This document shows positions 13,291-24,932 of a stretch of 64,000 bases of DNA, in pieces (the stretch's first letter is position 1; each line of letters begins with the position of its first letter). Source of the DNA: Octopus vulgaris (lineage: Eukaryota); the NCBI GenBank assembly GCA_951406725.2, contig OX597831.1, forward strand, positions 49,662,001-49,726,000, written 5' to 3'. The notes under the pieces are model-generated. The model saw only the letters and a program-made list of their open reading frames with translations, was not told the origin of the DNA and made no database searches. Position numbers and translations under genes: made by a program.

Positions 13291-13791
13291 TAACCTTTGC
13301 ACTTGTGATTTTTTTAATGTTTTTACCCCCATACCTTCGTGGGCTATTTTGAGTAAGCACTATCTGAGAGAAATTTTCTTTAAGTATTAGAATTTGGCTA
13401 AAAAATTTTTTGGCTGCTATTTCTAATGAGTTCAGTATGTGGCAAAGTAATTTATTTTACTAAGCCCTTTATAAAATGTAATATTTTGAATTCGCCTTAA
13501 ATGGTCCCTTTACATACTGAATACTTGGTGAAATTGATTAATAATTAATTAATTTTACCCTCAATTGTTGAAATTATAATTCATTTCTCTCTGTTTAATG
13601 CTTCGGTTTTCACCGATAAAATTATGGTGTTTGCTAGGTTAGCCCACGTGGGTGGAAAGGGGAGGCAGAAATTCTTCGCTTGCATATTTTGAATTTGTTG
13701 GCACTGTTAGTCTGAACGGATCTTCGGAGGTGAAAAGTCGCCAAAAGGGTATGCTCCTACTTTCAGTGTTTACAAATCCGAATTAAGGAAT

Positions 13792-13853
13792 TTTGGGCTG
13801 ACGAAAGAAATGTCGAATTGTATTTGGCTGATCTAGAAACGTACGTTCTCAAA
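13792..13853 (+). ncRNA. type I hammerhead ribozyme, copy 2
   Basis: Identical to copy 1, 563 nt downstream; predicted cut after 13847. Confidence 0.75.
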
Positions 13854-14042
13854 TAACCTTTGCACTTGTGATTTTTTTAATGTTTTTACCCCCATACCTC
13901 CGTGGGCTATTTTGAGTAAGCACTATCTGAGAGAAATTTTCTTTAAGTATTAGAATTTGGCTAAAAAATTTTTTTGGCTGCTATTTCTAATGAGTTCAGT
14001 ATGTGGCAAAGTAATTTATTTTACTAAGCCCTTTATAAAATG

Positions 14043-14162
<120 letters not shown>

Positions 14163-14169
14163 ATATATA

Positions 14170-14290
14170 TTGGCCTGCTCGCTTAGCCTGCGGGGTGGCG
14201 TCATTTGAAGGCTAAAACAATGCGAAGCGAATTGTGGCCAGCGATGAGTAGCAACATCTGATAGCCTGGTCGGTCACGGTGATCACGGTG
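14170..14290 (+). mobile_element. ~120-bp (TA)n-flanked interspersed repeat
   Basis: Second close copy at 28106-28230; both lie between (TA)n tracts. Confidence 0.8.
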
Positions 14291-14309
14291 ATATATATAT
14301 ATATATATT

Positions 14310-14808
14310 ATATTAATGATTAGGTACTGGAATATCCTTCAGTGATGAATTCCAAAAAGATAGAACCGCTATTTTGGAATTCATCATTGAAGGATATTCC
14401 AGTACCTAATCTTATGTATTGGCTTAAGTTTTTCATTGTATGATTTGCCTAATGGTGGTTTTGTCTCTAATTTAATATAATATAATATTTTACTATAAAA
14501 TTGGATTCAATCCTAAATCTGATTTTCCCTGTAAGTTTGGATTTATTCCCTAATATTTATTATTAATTAATATATTGATAAATTACGTATATTGAGTGTA
14601 ATATCTCAACTTCGTAAATTATGGAATTTACAGGTAAGATAGAACCGCTATTTTGGAATTCATCATTGAAGGATATTCCAGTGCCTAATCTTATGTATTG
14701 GCTTAAGGTTTTAATTGTATGATTTGCCTAATGGTGGTTTTGTCTCTAATTTAATATAATATAATATTTTACAATAAAATTGGATTCAATCCTAAATCTG
14801 ATTTTTCC

Positions 14809-14812
<4 letters not shown>
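14310..14812. mobile_element. (TA)n-flanked element with partial direct repeat and terminal fold-back (pseudo-LTR-like)
   Basis: AAGATAGAACCGCTATTTTGG at ~14357 and ~14636 (unit ~279 bp, 1.6 copies); ~14318-14357 is an inverted copy of ~14372-14411. Confidence 0.75.
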
Positions 14813-14866
<54 letters not shown>

Positions 14867-14868
<2 letters not shown>

Positions 14869-15257
14869 CTCGATAAATTTTGAGCGTTAGACTATATACC
14901 ATAAACCCCTAGTTTGTCGGGTACGTTCTGCGTCTGCGCAGTGATCTGATTAGTTAGAAAGAGCAAATTAGTAGACGCACATGCTTCTATTGAGGTGCGA
15001 TTTCAGAATAACAGGGCTCTTACTGACGAGTCTCCCTGAGTAAATAAATTGTTTTTATTGCTGAAAAAGACGAAACTGCAGTATAAGATGAACCGAGTTA
15101 GTAAAAGTTTTTATTTTCATTTCACTAAATTTATCAAGCTTCTGTGTATCTAGTACATACTTCGCCTTTTAATGTACTTATATATGAATAATATATGGCC
15201 TGTGCTAGAACACCGGCGATAATAATTAATTTTATTTTATCGCATTTTGACTTTGTT
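14867..15257 (+). mobile_element. (TA)n-flanked hammerhead-bearing element
   Basis: Contains the hammerhead at 15018-15088 and 3' stems TCTAGTACA/TGTGCTAGA (15149-57/15201-09) and GCGATAA/TTATCGC (15216-22/15237-43). Confidence 0.7.
15018..15088 (+). ncRNA. canonical type I hammerhead ribozyme
   Basis: TCTTA-CTGACGA-GTCT...AGAC-GAAA-C-TGCA-GTA-TAAGA: 5-bp stem I, intact core, G-C closed stem II, palindromic stem III ACTGCAGT, GUA cut after 15083. Confidence 0.9.
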
Positions 15258-15536
15258 TATATATATATATGCATACACATATACATAGATACATTTACAT
15301 ATTCAGGCACAAATATGGAAATATAGAGACGTATACAAACACACACATATATATACATACACACATGCATATACACATACAAAACTAAACATCTTTACAC
15401 ACACACATGCATACAAATTCATAGACTTATACATACATATTACACTTATACACATAGATATACACGTGTATAAATTTGTATATACACAATAATACATAAC
15501 CATGCATAGTTATATAGTCTCATATATACATGTACA

Positions 15537-15874
15537 TGGAGGCGCAATGGCCCAGTGGTTAGGGTAGCGGACTCGCAGTCGTAGGATCGTGGTTTCGATT
15601 CCCAGACCGTGCGTTGTGAGTGTTTATTGTGCGAAAACACCTAAAGCTCTACGAGGCTCCGGCGAACCCTGCTGCACTCTTTCACAACAACTTTCTCTCA
15701 CTCTTCCTGTTTCTGTTGTACCTGTATTTCAAAGGGCCAGCGTTGTTGCATTCTGATTCACGCTGAATCTCCCCGAGAACTACGTTAAGGGTACATGTGC
15801 CTGTGGAGTACTCAACCACTTGCATGTTAATTTCAGGAACTGGACCCGTTGTCGCTGTAACCGATGGAGTGCCA
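15537..15874 (+). mobile_element. tRNA-derived SINE (GGAGGCGCAATGGCCCAGTGG head)
   Basis: A box TGGCCCAGTGG and B-box-like GGTTTCGATTCCC; homologous copies at 26155, 28884, 41456 and 46690. Confidence 0.85.
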
Positions 15875-15890
15875 CGATATATATTACGTA

Positions 15891-15951
<61 letters not shown>

Positions 15952-15952
<1 letters not shown>

Positions 15953-16445
15953 TATCGCCATATTAATATGGCATTCTTATAGATATAAGAATAATCGCTG
16001 CCGCTGGTCAGCTCCATGAGGCCACCGCTTTAAGATAGCTATTGATACACGATCTGTATCCATTATAACCTTCGAACTAGGGAGGTCAGCCGCTTCACAC
16101 TGCCAGTCCGACAGCTACAGACGCGTTTCGGGGTATTGCCCCTTGTCAATGTAGCGCAGTCAGACCCCGCAGGTGTCGCCACTGACGTCTCTGTTCGAAA
16201 GTTTCTATTTACCTAGTTTCGGACTGGCAGTGTGAAGCGGCTGATCTCCCTTGTTCGAAGGTTATAATGGATACAGATCGTGTATCAATAGCTATCTTAA
16301 GGCGGTGGCCTCATGGAGTTGACCAGCGGCAGCGATTATTCTTATATCTATAAGAATGCCATATTAATATGGCGATAACAATTAATTTCCAGTAAACGCT
16401 GCCGTAATCTCTTTTATAGAGACTTAGTAATTTTAATATTTCTAT

Positions 16446-16450
<5 letters not shown>
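15952..16450. mobile_element. (TA)n-flanked fold-back element with 160-bp inverted arms
   Basis: 15952-16111 is the reverse complement of 16219-16378 with few mismatches; the 107-bp spacer contains a hammerhead. Confidence 0.88.
16114..16155 (-). ncRNA. minimal type I hammerhead ribozyme, U3-A8 core variant
   Basis: Minus strand reads GCTACA-TTGACAA-GGGG-CAATA-CCCC-GAAAC-GC-GTC-TGTAGC: perfect 6-bp stem I, 4-bp stem II, palindromic ACGCGT stem III, GUC site. Confidence 0.8.
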
Positions 16451-16508
<58 letters not shown>

Positions 16509-16744
16509 GACACATACATATATGTATAATCATAGACAGACACAAACTTGACTATATTTTCATATCCACATATATAAGTACAAAAATACACTCACATGTT
16601 GAAAAAAATGAATAAATTACAATTTATATTAAGACGATAATTTTATATACAGTTCATTTTAAATGAAGAACGATATGATATATGTGTATGTGTGTGTGTG
16701 TTTGTGTGTTCGTGTGTGCGTTTACATGTCTGTATGTGCGTGAG

Positions 16745-16964
16745 GGCGCATGACCTAGTGGTTAGGGTGTCGTGCTAATGATCTAACAATTGTGATTTTA
16801 CTTCCTAGACAGGCTTGTGCTTTGTGTTCTTGAGCAAAATATTTCATTTCAAGTTCATGGGGAGAGTGAAATAACGTGCGGCACGAACATTTACTCACTA
16901 TAAACCAATCATTTGTGCATGCCATTCGCCAAACGCTGAACGCTCGTGTTCGACGGGAGAGTCC

Positions 16965-16967
<3 letters not shown>
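16745..16967 (+). mobile_element. degraded tRNA-derived SINE (GGCGCATGGCT..AGTGG head)
   Basis: Head plus TGTGTTCTTGAGCAAA..ATTTCA body, as in the copy at 37796. Confidence 0.65.
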
Positions 16968-17051
<84 letters not shown>

Positions 17052-17199
17052 CTGTGTGTGTGTGTGTATGTATGTATACATATACATATATATTAAAGGA
17101 GAATGGAGAATAAAACTAAGACAGGGCGAGTATCTCATGTGATTTAAAATATTTTATTATAGTAAAGTGAAACAAAAATGGAAACTTAGAAGTAATTAA

Positions 17200-17301
17200 T
17201 GTTTAACAGCTGTTTCTGGGATGATATCTCAGGTGAGGGAATATCCCATACACAGGGTTTTCCATCATCTTCATACACTGGGTTTTCCGTCATCAGATAC
17301 A
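17200..17301 (-). ncRNA. degenerate hammerhead in the PLE 3' region
   Basis: Minus strand TGTAT-CTGATGA-CGG...CCA-GAAAC-AGCT-GTT-AAACA, with an internal ~25-nt duplication in stem II and one stem I mismatch. Confidence 0.55.
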
Positions 17302-18100
17302 AGGTGTGTATGTAGCAAAGTTCCAGACAGAGAATTACCAGTATATAAAAGAATAAAACAGTAAGTAGAAGATTAAAGACATGAAAATAAAGTTCACAGC
17401 TAATCTTGTTTCAGAGGGTATGGAAGTTAGTCCGTACTTCTGTGAAGGTATAGCTTCTTCGTTATAATCACAGGTTAATCCAGGCAGGATTTTGAATGTT
17501 GCGTTCAGATTGAAGGAATAGATTAAGTAGTAGCTGGTAAGAAAAATGGTTCACGTAGGTGTATAATGTGAGAGAGAGACAAAGATAAATCAGCGAGAAA
17601 GGGGGTGGTTGTGAGTGAGTGAATAGAAGAAATAAAAGAAAGAAAAGAAAGGAAGGAAATAGAAAGATTGAGAGCGAAAGTAAAATTGAAAATGAAGCGA
17701 AAAATAAAAATTAAGAGGCTGGTATTATTATTCGTCAGGGTAGGTTCGGGTTGAGAGGTCAAGCGTTAAAGTTTTGGTAAAGAGGAGGAGGAAGGCATTT
17801 ATGGCTATTAAAGAATAATTAAATAATTAGATGAGTTCTAGGTTCGGCGTGGTCAGAAAGAATATTTAACATTAGCTTAGCGGTCGGTAAGGAGAGCTAA
17901 AATGCTAGAAACAGATGCCTAACTAAAGGGAATAAATATAGTTAAAAGTTAAAATTAAATTAAAAAATTAAAAAAGAAACAATTAAAAAGATAATTGCAG
18001 CTATCGAACTTCTAAGATACTTATGTTGAAGTAAAAGTATTAATAGATGAAGGTAAAACGTATGTGTATTGCAACGGCTGTGAATGTAGATAAGCACTTG

Positions 18101-18722
18101 TCATGTGTGTTGATTTTGCTTGCATTTGGACCTGTAGATGAACCTAAAGGAACAATAGAACTTATGTTTGCATGAAGCTAATGTTTCATGCTGTCTATTA
18201 AGTAATTGTGGTGAACCATAAATTAATATTTGGAGGGTATCCTTCAGGCAGAGTTCATATGCAGAGTACTGACCTTGGTATGGAACACCAGAATCTATTA
18301 AGGCCCAGGTTATCCTATTTGGTATTTTCTTACTTATCAGATGGTGTATGTGGGAGGCTTGTTACGTGCTCTGTCTATGCTCCTCATATGTAAATGAGTT
18401 CAGATCAGCGGAATGTCTATGCTTAAAATTAATTGTAGACCCGATGTAATGGCTAGTAGACTTGTGCACTGTGTTGTGGACAATGCATCTATACAAAACA
18501 TTCAAACTTCTGCAATGGGCTTGCAGCGGGCATTCGGTCCCAGAGCGGCAGTTGCAGCTGGATCTATCTGTCCTACGTGGGTTAGCTGTGGATAGGAATG
18601 ATGCTATACTATTTATGGGCAAGTTAAAGTTTAAGGCAGTATTTAGGGATTGGCTTATATTATCATTAATATGAATTATTTCTCTGTCACAGGTTTTAGC
18701 GGGTTTATTATTACCATTATTG

Positions 18723-18821
<99 letters not shown>

Positions 18822-18864
18822 ATGGTGATAGTGGTAGTGGTGGTGGCGATGGTAGTAGTAGTAA

Positions 18865-18909
<45 letters not shown>

Positions 18910-19350
18910 CAGCAGCAACAGCAGCAATAGTAGTAGTAGTACTATTAGTATTATCATTCGTTTTAGCTGCAGTTCGACCATCCTCGGAAGTGAGGGCATT
19001 TGTATCCTGGTTTATGCTAGTTATGGTGCTTGGGTTACAGCTGTGGTGTATGCTATCATGGTCGGTGTTATTGTTGTCGGTGCATTCACATACGTTATGG
19101 CTATTTATACGTACTTTGACTGCTCTGCCTATAGGCGTTATTTAGGCAGTGTGAATTAAGTTTACTCATATTAGATGAGGCAACAATTGCTTCTATATTG
19201 GACGGAGAGGAGTAGAACAATTTTAGATTAGATCTTTTGAATATCGAATTGTATTTATGGTGACATGGGAAGTTAGAATTTACAATTGTAAAAATGATTT
19301 TGGTTAAGCCCCTATTGTTTAAAGCAAATGGGGGTGTAAACCAGAGAATC
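18101..19350 (-). pseudogene. PLE RT-thumb / linker / GIY-YIG endonuclease pseudogene
   Basis: ILWFTPPF...FPCHHKYNSIFKRSNLKLFYS, then a frameshift near 19140, a long T/N-rich linker, CNCRSGTECPLQAHC..NVLY.C.V...YIGST.NFKHR...SF...ST*, and SHIHHL...ITW....PY...LCL.D...I...LLNR..E....CKH. Confidence 0.9.
18716..18945. repeat. compound (ATT)n/(AGT)n/(AGC)n trinucleotide repeat inside the PLE ORF
   Basis: Directly visible; reads as poly-Thr/Ala/Asn in the GIY-YIG frame on the minus strand. Confidence 0.95.
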
Positions 19351-19439
19351 GCATATTTGTGTATGTGTATGCATACAAATTGAATTCTGCATAATATACT
19401 CTAAATTATGTATTGAGTGTATTCTTCATTATCTGAAAA

Positions 19440-19810
19440 AAAAAAAACGCCTCTATTTATTTATTGGCTACAAAATACAGTTTTCATTGCATTTTGTTCG
19501 GGTAGCTTTTAAATGACTGTGATGAAATTACCCCCCAAATACGGCTTAAACATGTTTTTTTCTGTGACTTCATCTTCTGTCTCTTCAAGGAGGGGTTTGG
19601 GTGTACTGTAATTTACATCTCTATCAAAAATTTTCTGATTTCTATAAATTACAATATTTATAATTTTTTTTGTGCATATTTTGAGGCTTTTGTGGAAGCA
19701 GAATTTGTAGTCATAATAAAAAAATGTTTAAGTTGTATTTTGGAGTAATTTTATCAGTCATTTAAAAAATACCCGAAGAAAAAGCTAATAAATAAGTAGA
19801 GTCGTTTTTT
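19440..19810. mobile_element. MITE-like element with long imperfect inverted repeats
   Basis: TTCGGGTAGCTTTTAAATGACTG..AAATTAC..AAATACGGCTTAAACA mirrors TGTTTAAGTTGTATTT..GTAATTT..CAGTCATTTAAAAAATACCCGAA. Confidence 0.7.
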
Positions 19811-19974
19811 CCCCCACCTTTTCCATTTTCCGATGATTTGTGGAGCCGGAAGATGTTGTCGCAGAGTTGTAAGATTTTACAACGGTTATTTTGATGTCCA
19901 TTCACAACTTCTTCGCGCTACACCTTTTACGAAGTAGAAAATCGTACATACTACGCACAAACACACACACATGC

Positions 19975-20041
<67 letters not shown>

Positions 20042-20149
20042 TATATACAGAGAGAGAGAAAGGGAAGGATAGAGAGAGAAAGAGAGAGGGAATGAAAGAG
20101 AGAGGGAGAGCGAGAGAGGCAATTATGTGGATAAACTAATTAGAAACAT

Positions 20150-20785
20150 TAATTGTATTAAATATATTAGTTATAATAGTTTGATTATTAAATTAAAAAT
20201 ATGTATATATGCATGCATGCAAAACGTGAGAAAGCGAAAGGCAGAGACTTTCAAATTGACATTTTAAGTATGACTATATATATATATTTATATTAATAGA
20301 TCCAACTAACACAGTGTACAAACGGCAGAGAATATTAAATGGGTTGAAGAAAGGTGTTGTAAGTCCAACACCTTTTTCTAGGGAACTCGGAGATACGAGC
20401 CCTCCAAACTTAAGCATTCCATCTTTGAACTTCTCCGCATTAAGATCTGAAATGTACGATCTTCTCTACTCTGATGACGGAAGCTCGTCTTATTGAAAGT
20501 TGATTGTATTTACTGCGGCCGCTTATTGTGATGAACTACATCCAACAACATCATTATGGCTCTCCAAGTCCCTAGAAATAGCTGTTGGACTTATAACACC
20601 TTTCTTCTACCCCTTTAATTTTGTCTGTCGTTTGTACTTTGTAAGTTGGACCTAATAATATATCTATATATTTATACTCAAAATCCCATCATCTGAAAGT
20701 CGCCACCTTTTGCTTTCTCTGGTTTTCAATGTATACATGCACATGTTGTATTCCATACCCTATCACATTTAATATTTTTAATGTA
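20150..20785. repeat. old diverged inverted repeat with possible hammerhead remnant
   Basis: GAAGAAAGGTGTTGTAAGTCCAACA..TTTCTAGGGA (20346-83) mirrors TCCCTAGAAA..TGTTGGACTTATAACACCTTTCTTC (20569-607); CTGATGA at 20471 and GAAATAGCTGTT at 20575. Confidence 0.65.
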
Positions 20786-20962
20786 GTTGATGTGTCTAAT
20801 TTGTTTATTCACATAATTGCTTCTATATTCGGTCAATTTGATCCCTTTTATAGCCATTCTTTATCTTGTAGAATTGATCTCCTCTAAAGACATCGGAGTC
20901 TAAGTTTAAATCTTATGAGAACTACTGTTTTCTATACTGAGAATCTCTGGATCTCATTGGTG

Positions 20963-21013
<51 letters not shown>

Positions 21014-21184
21014 TACATGTACATACATACCTACATACATACACACACATATATACATGCATACACACACTTAAATATATAATATATATACACATATACA
21101 CACATACACACACATACGTATACATATACATACACATACACACATTCATACATACATGCATACATACACATATATATATATAGT

Positions 21185-21408
21185 CTTTTACTCTTTTGTT
21201 TCGGTCATTTGCCTGTGGTCATGCTGGAGCACAGCCTTTAGTCGAGCAAATCGACCATAGGAGTTATTGTTCCTAATCCTAGTAATTATTTTATCGGGCT
21301 CTTATGCCGAACCGCTAAGTTACGGGGACGTAAACTCACCAGCATTGGTTGTCAACCGATGTTGGGAGGGGGACAAACATAGACACACAAACATACACAC
21401 ACACACAG

Positions 21409-21498
<90 letters not shown>

Positions 21499-21649
21499 CG
21501 GGCTTCTTTCAGTTTCCGTTTACCAAATTCACTAGCAAAGCTTTGGTCGGCTCGAGGCTATAGTAGAAGACACTTGCCGAAGGTGCCACGCAGTGGGACT
21601 GAACCCGCTGTGTGGCACCTTGGGCAAGTGTTTGCTACTATAGCCTCGA
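21185..21649 (-). mobile_element. microsatellite-containing SINE with inverted 5' portion
   Basis: Reverse complement of the 58345 family; 21604-21649 folds back on 21552-21597. Confidence 0.85.
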
Positions 21650-22549
21650 TATATATATATATATATATAATGTACTACACATTTCATAGCCAAATCTGAT
21701 GATGGTGAACATGAAATTTGAATAGCTTGATGTAAGACGACTGCTGTAATACATAGAACAAACTTGGAGTTGCCATATACTGCTATTTCGGCATTCTTAT
21801 CTGTATTTACAAAGGGACAGCACAAACATACACACACTCGCAAACTTACACGTATATATACACACCAAATATACTGTAGGAGACACTTACGCTAGGTGCC
21901 CACGAAGCGGTTTGAACCCAGAAACATTGGATGCAAAAGAAGCTTCTAAACCACAAAGCGATAACTAATAATTCACATAACGCGATCTTGTATAAAACAC
22001 GCACTAAAGTTTTCCGAGATCAAGTATGGTCATTATTCTCAGTATCAATTCAAAAGATATTCTTTTTGTTAAGATCTCAAGTATCTAACGCTAACTAGCC
22101 TCATAGCTAGGGAAATTTTTCTTGTAATTGGTCTTAATTTTCAACATCATCGTATTATCAGTCAATGTGTCACTATTCAGCGTAATGCTATCTGAATTTT
22201 CTCGTTTAGGTATTCATTTTAACAATAGTTGGGGATCATACAATATAGAAAAAAATAATAAGCCAACAAACCATAAAAGATTGATAAATAAAAGGATTTT
22301 AATGTCAGATTATGAAGAGATTACAGGTGACAGTTGTCAACAGATTCAACCAATCAGTGGAATCTTACGTGAAGCCATTTTGTCACTAGAACTCTCACTA
22401 CACTATGTGTCATAGCTAGAAAGACAGGTAGACAGAAAGGCCGGTATATACAAATAGATAGATGAATAAGTAAATAGGCAGATAGACAGATAAATAAATG
22501 TTAACAGATATGCCTAAATATGTAAGCAAGTTGATACGTAGAGAGATAA

Positions 22550-22616
<67 letters not shown>

Positions 22617-22681
22617 TAATAAGTATTAGGGAATTACATTTCTAAATTGTGGATTTTAATAATTGTTAAGTCTCTAATTTA

Positions 22682-22740
<59 letters not shown>

Positions 22741-22766
22741 GAATAGATAAATAGGTAGATAGATAA

Positions 22767-22844
<78 letters not shown>

Positions 22845-22885
22845 TGGAATGTATACGCAGATAAATAGAGATTATATTTAGCACA

Positions 22886-24325
22886 ATCAGGGTACCCAAT
22901 CGTAGATTTTCACTTTAAACTGTTGTAACTTTTTAAAGAATGCACCAACTGCCTTCAAAATTCACATGTATCTTGCTTACACATCAATAATCAAATATTT
23001 ATGCACAATTGATGATCTTCTTATAGCTGCTGTTAATTACTTAAGATTAATTTCCAGAAAGATCCCCAAACCCATGTAAGGTATTAAAATAAGCGTTTTT
23101 GCGACCTAAATAAAATCAAGTTTTGAGGTCGTAATTTCAAGACTCCTATGTATTTGGTATCAAATTAATGGGTTTTTCTCCGTCATTCCTGTCGTCCAAT
23201 AAAAAACAGTGGTCCTCTCGACTTGAGAAAGTTATAAGATCAAACGTTATTTATATGATAGGACAGTTATGCGGGCTCATTTAGGTGACCTTGTGACCAT
23301 GCTGTATCGCCATACATAGGGAAACGGTGCTTTTCCTCCTTTTACTTGAAAGTATTGAATACACACTGATGTGTGGATTGCTGTTTGCCAATATATGTTC
23401 AGGAAGTTTTGAGTTCAGCTTTTTTTCAACATTTCCGGTGACATACATCATTATTTGTCAAGGTAAAAAACGTGTTTCGCTTATTCAATATCCTTCAATT
23501 TTAAAGCATGAATTGTAATTACATAGTGATCCACTTTGTGAAAATTTTAGAACGTTTGAGCAATGAGAACTGAAATTACTGTATGCTTATATATTGCTGA
23601 GGATGAAAAAGACTGGCCTATTTTCCGGTTTCCGCTGCATCAAGATCATATCATTGTTTTCTAATAAAAGTGAACGTTTGAAAGAGTTAATTTTAATAAT
23701 TTTTATTACATTGTGAATTATGTGAGCCCAAATATTATTTTAAATATGTCCATTTGAAATTGAATTATATGGACTAAAAATACTTATTGACTATACATTT
23801 ATAATTTCCTTTTACAACGCTGATTCCTACACAACACTTTTGCGATATAGTTGGTGATAAAAGGCTTGCATATTACAAGCGATTAAAAAAAGTATAAAAG
23901 AGCAGCTCAAAACAAGGCAAATTATCGAAAGAAGAAAGAAGAAATGCTACAAAAGCAACAGCAAGATATGCAGAGAAAAGGGATGCTGAAAAAAAGGATG
24001 CCATGAAAATGAGAGGTAGACTAACTTCAGGGATGAAGCAAATAAAGCAAGGAAAAGGGAGCAAAATGTTGATATCGAGCAAAGTGCAAGGAACAACAGG
24101 ATTCTTGCAAGAAGAAGATGATGATGAACAGACAGAAAGTGACTAGGCATAGAACAAAGCAAGAAAAAGATGGCCGAGTTCTGAACATATCACCAACAGA
24201 GAATGGCAATTACAAGAAATGTGAGACAAGTGTAAGCACGTTTACCGAATTCAACTTCTGAATGGAACCAAAGTTGTTTATTTTATGCGCACAGACATGA
24301 AATCCATAAGGCCAAACTGTTAACA
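22886..24325 (+). mobile_element. unclassified DNA-transposon-like remnant
   Basis: Non-SINE block with transposon-like subterminal sequence, then a broken Lys/Arg/Glu-rich reading frame (~23870-24240); no catalytic motif seen. Confidence 0.3.
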
Positions 24326-24329
24326 AAAA

Positions 24330-24862
24330 TCTGGGCGTCGACGAGGAACACCTTACTCGCCTGTTCAGGACAACTTTCGGGCCGGGACCTATGGACAATC
24401 ACCAGAGATCCCTGGTCTGGCAGTACGATCGGGAAGCATTGCCTGGTCGGGATAAGCTCTACAGACACGGTTCGAGACACACCGGACTCACTTACCCTTA
24501 GAGCAACGAAACCGTTCTGCACGCACTCGTGCAGTGTCCAACCATTTCCGACCACATGTGGATTTACGCCGAATGGTTGCCGTCACGCATGGGACAAATT
24601 CGATTGTCGGCCGAGTCTATCATGAAAATTGCTCCGCCACCTTCCCTTAGCCGGGAAGGCAAGGCAGTTTTCATCGTACTGGTGGCTATGGTGAAAGAAT
24701 GTGGGTGGTGGACTCGAGAAAAAGGATTAGAGACAAACATTTGAAAAGGAAGGTGAGAATAGAGAGGCAAGTTTTGTCTCATGAAAGATTCAATAAAAGG
24801 TGGGGAAATGTAGCAAAGATGGTACGCGCGAATGGCGAAACTACTGTGAGCATGATCCTGTA

Positions 24863-24932
<70 letters not shown>

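Larger units (their letters stand above)
17090..19350 (-). mobile_element. 5'-truncated Penelope-like retroelement (Naiad-like), RT C-terminus to 3' non-coding region
   Basis: Coding remnant 19350-18101, followed by ~1 kb of pyrimidine-rich (minus-strand) UTR with a degenerate hammerhead, ending at a TA/TG microsatellite. Confidence 0.8.

Noticed and set aside
20572-20583. CTAGAAATAGC resembles the Cas9 sgRNA scaffold
   Set aside because: An 11-nt coincidence with no flanking scaffold; related motifs recur in native repeats here.
21695-21725. CTGATGA..GAAA hammerhead-like spacing
   Set aside because: No valid stem III, cleavage triplet or stem I.
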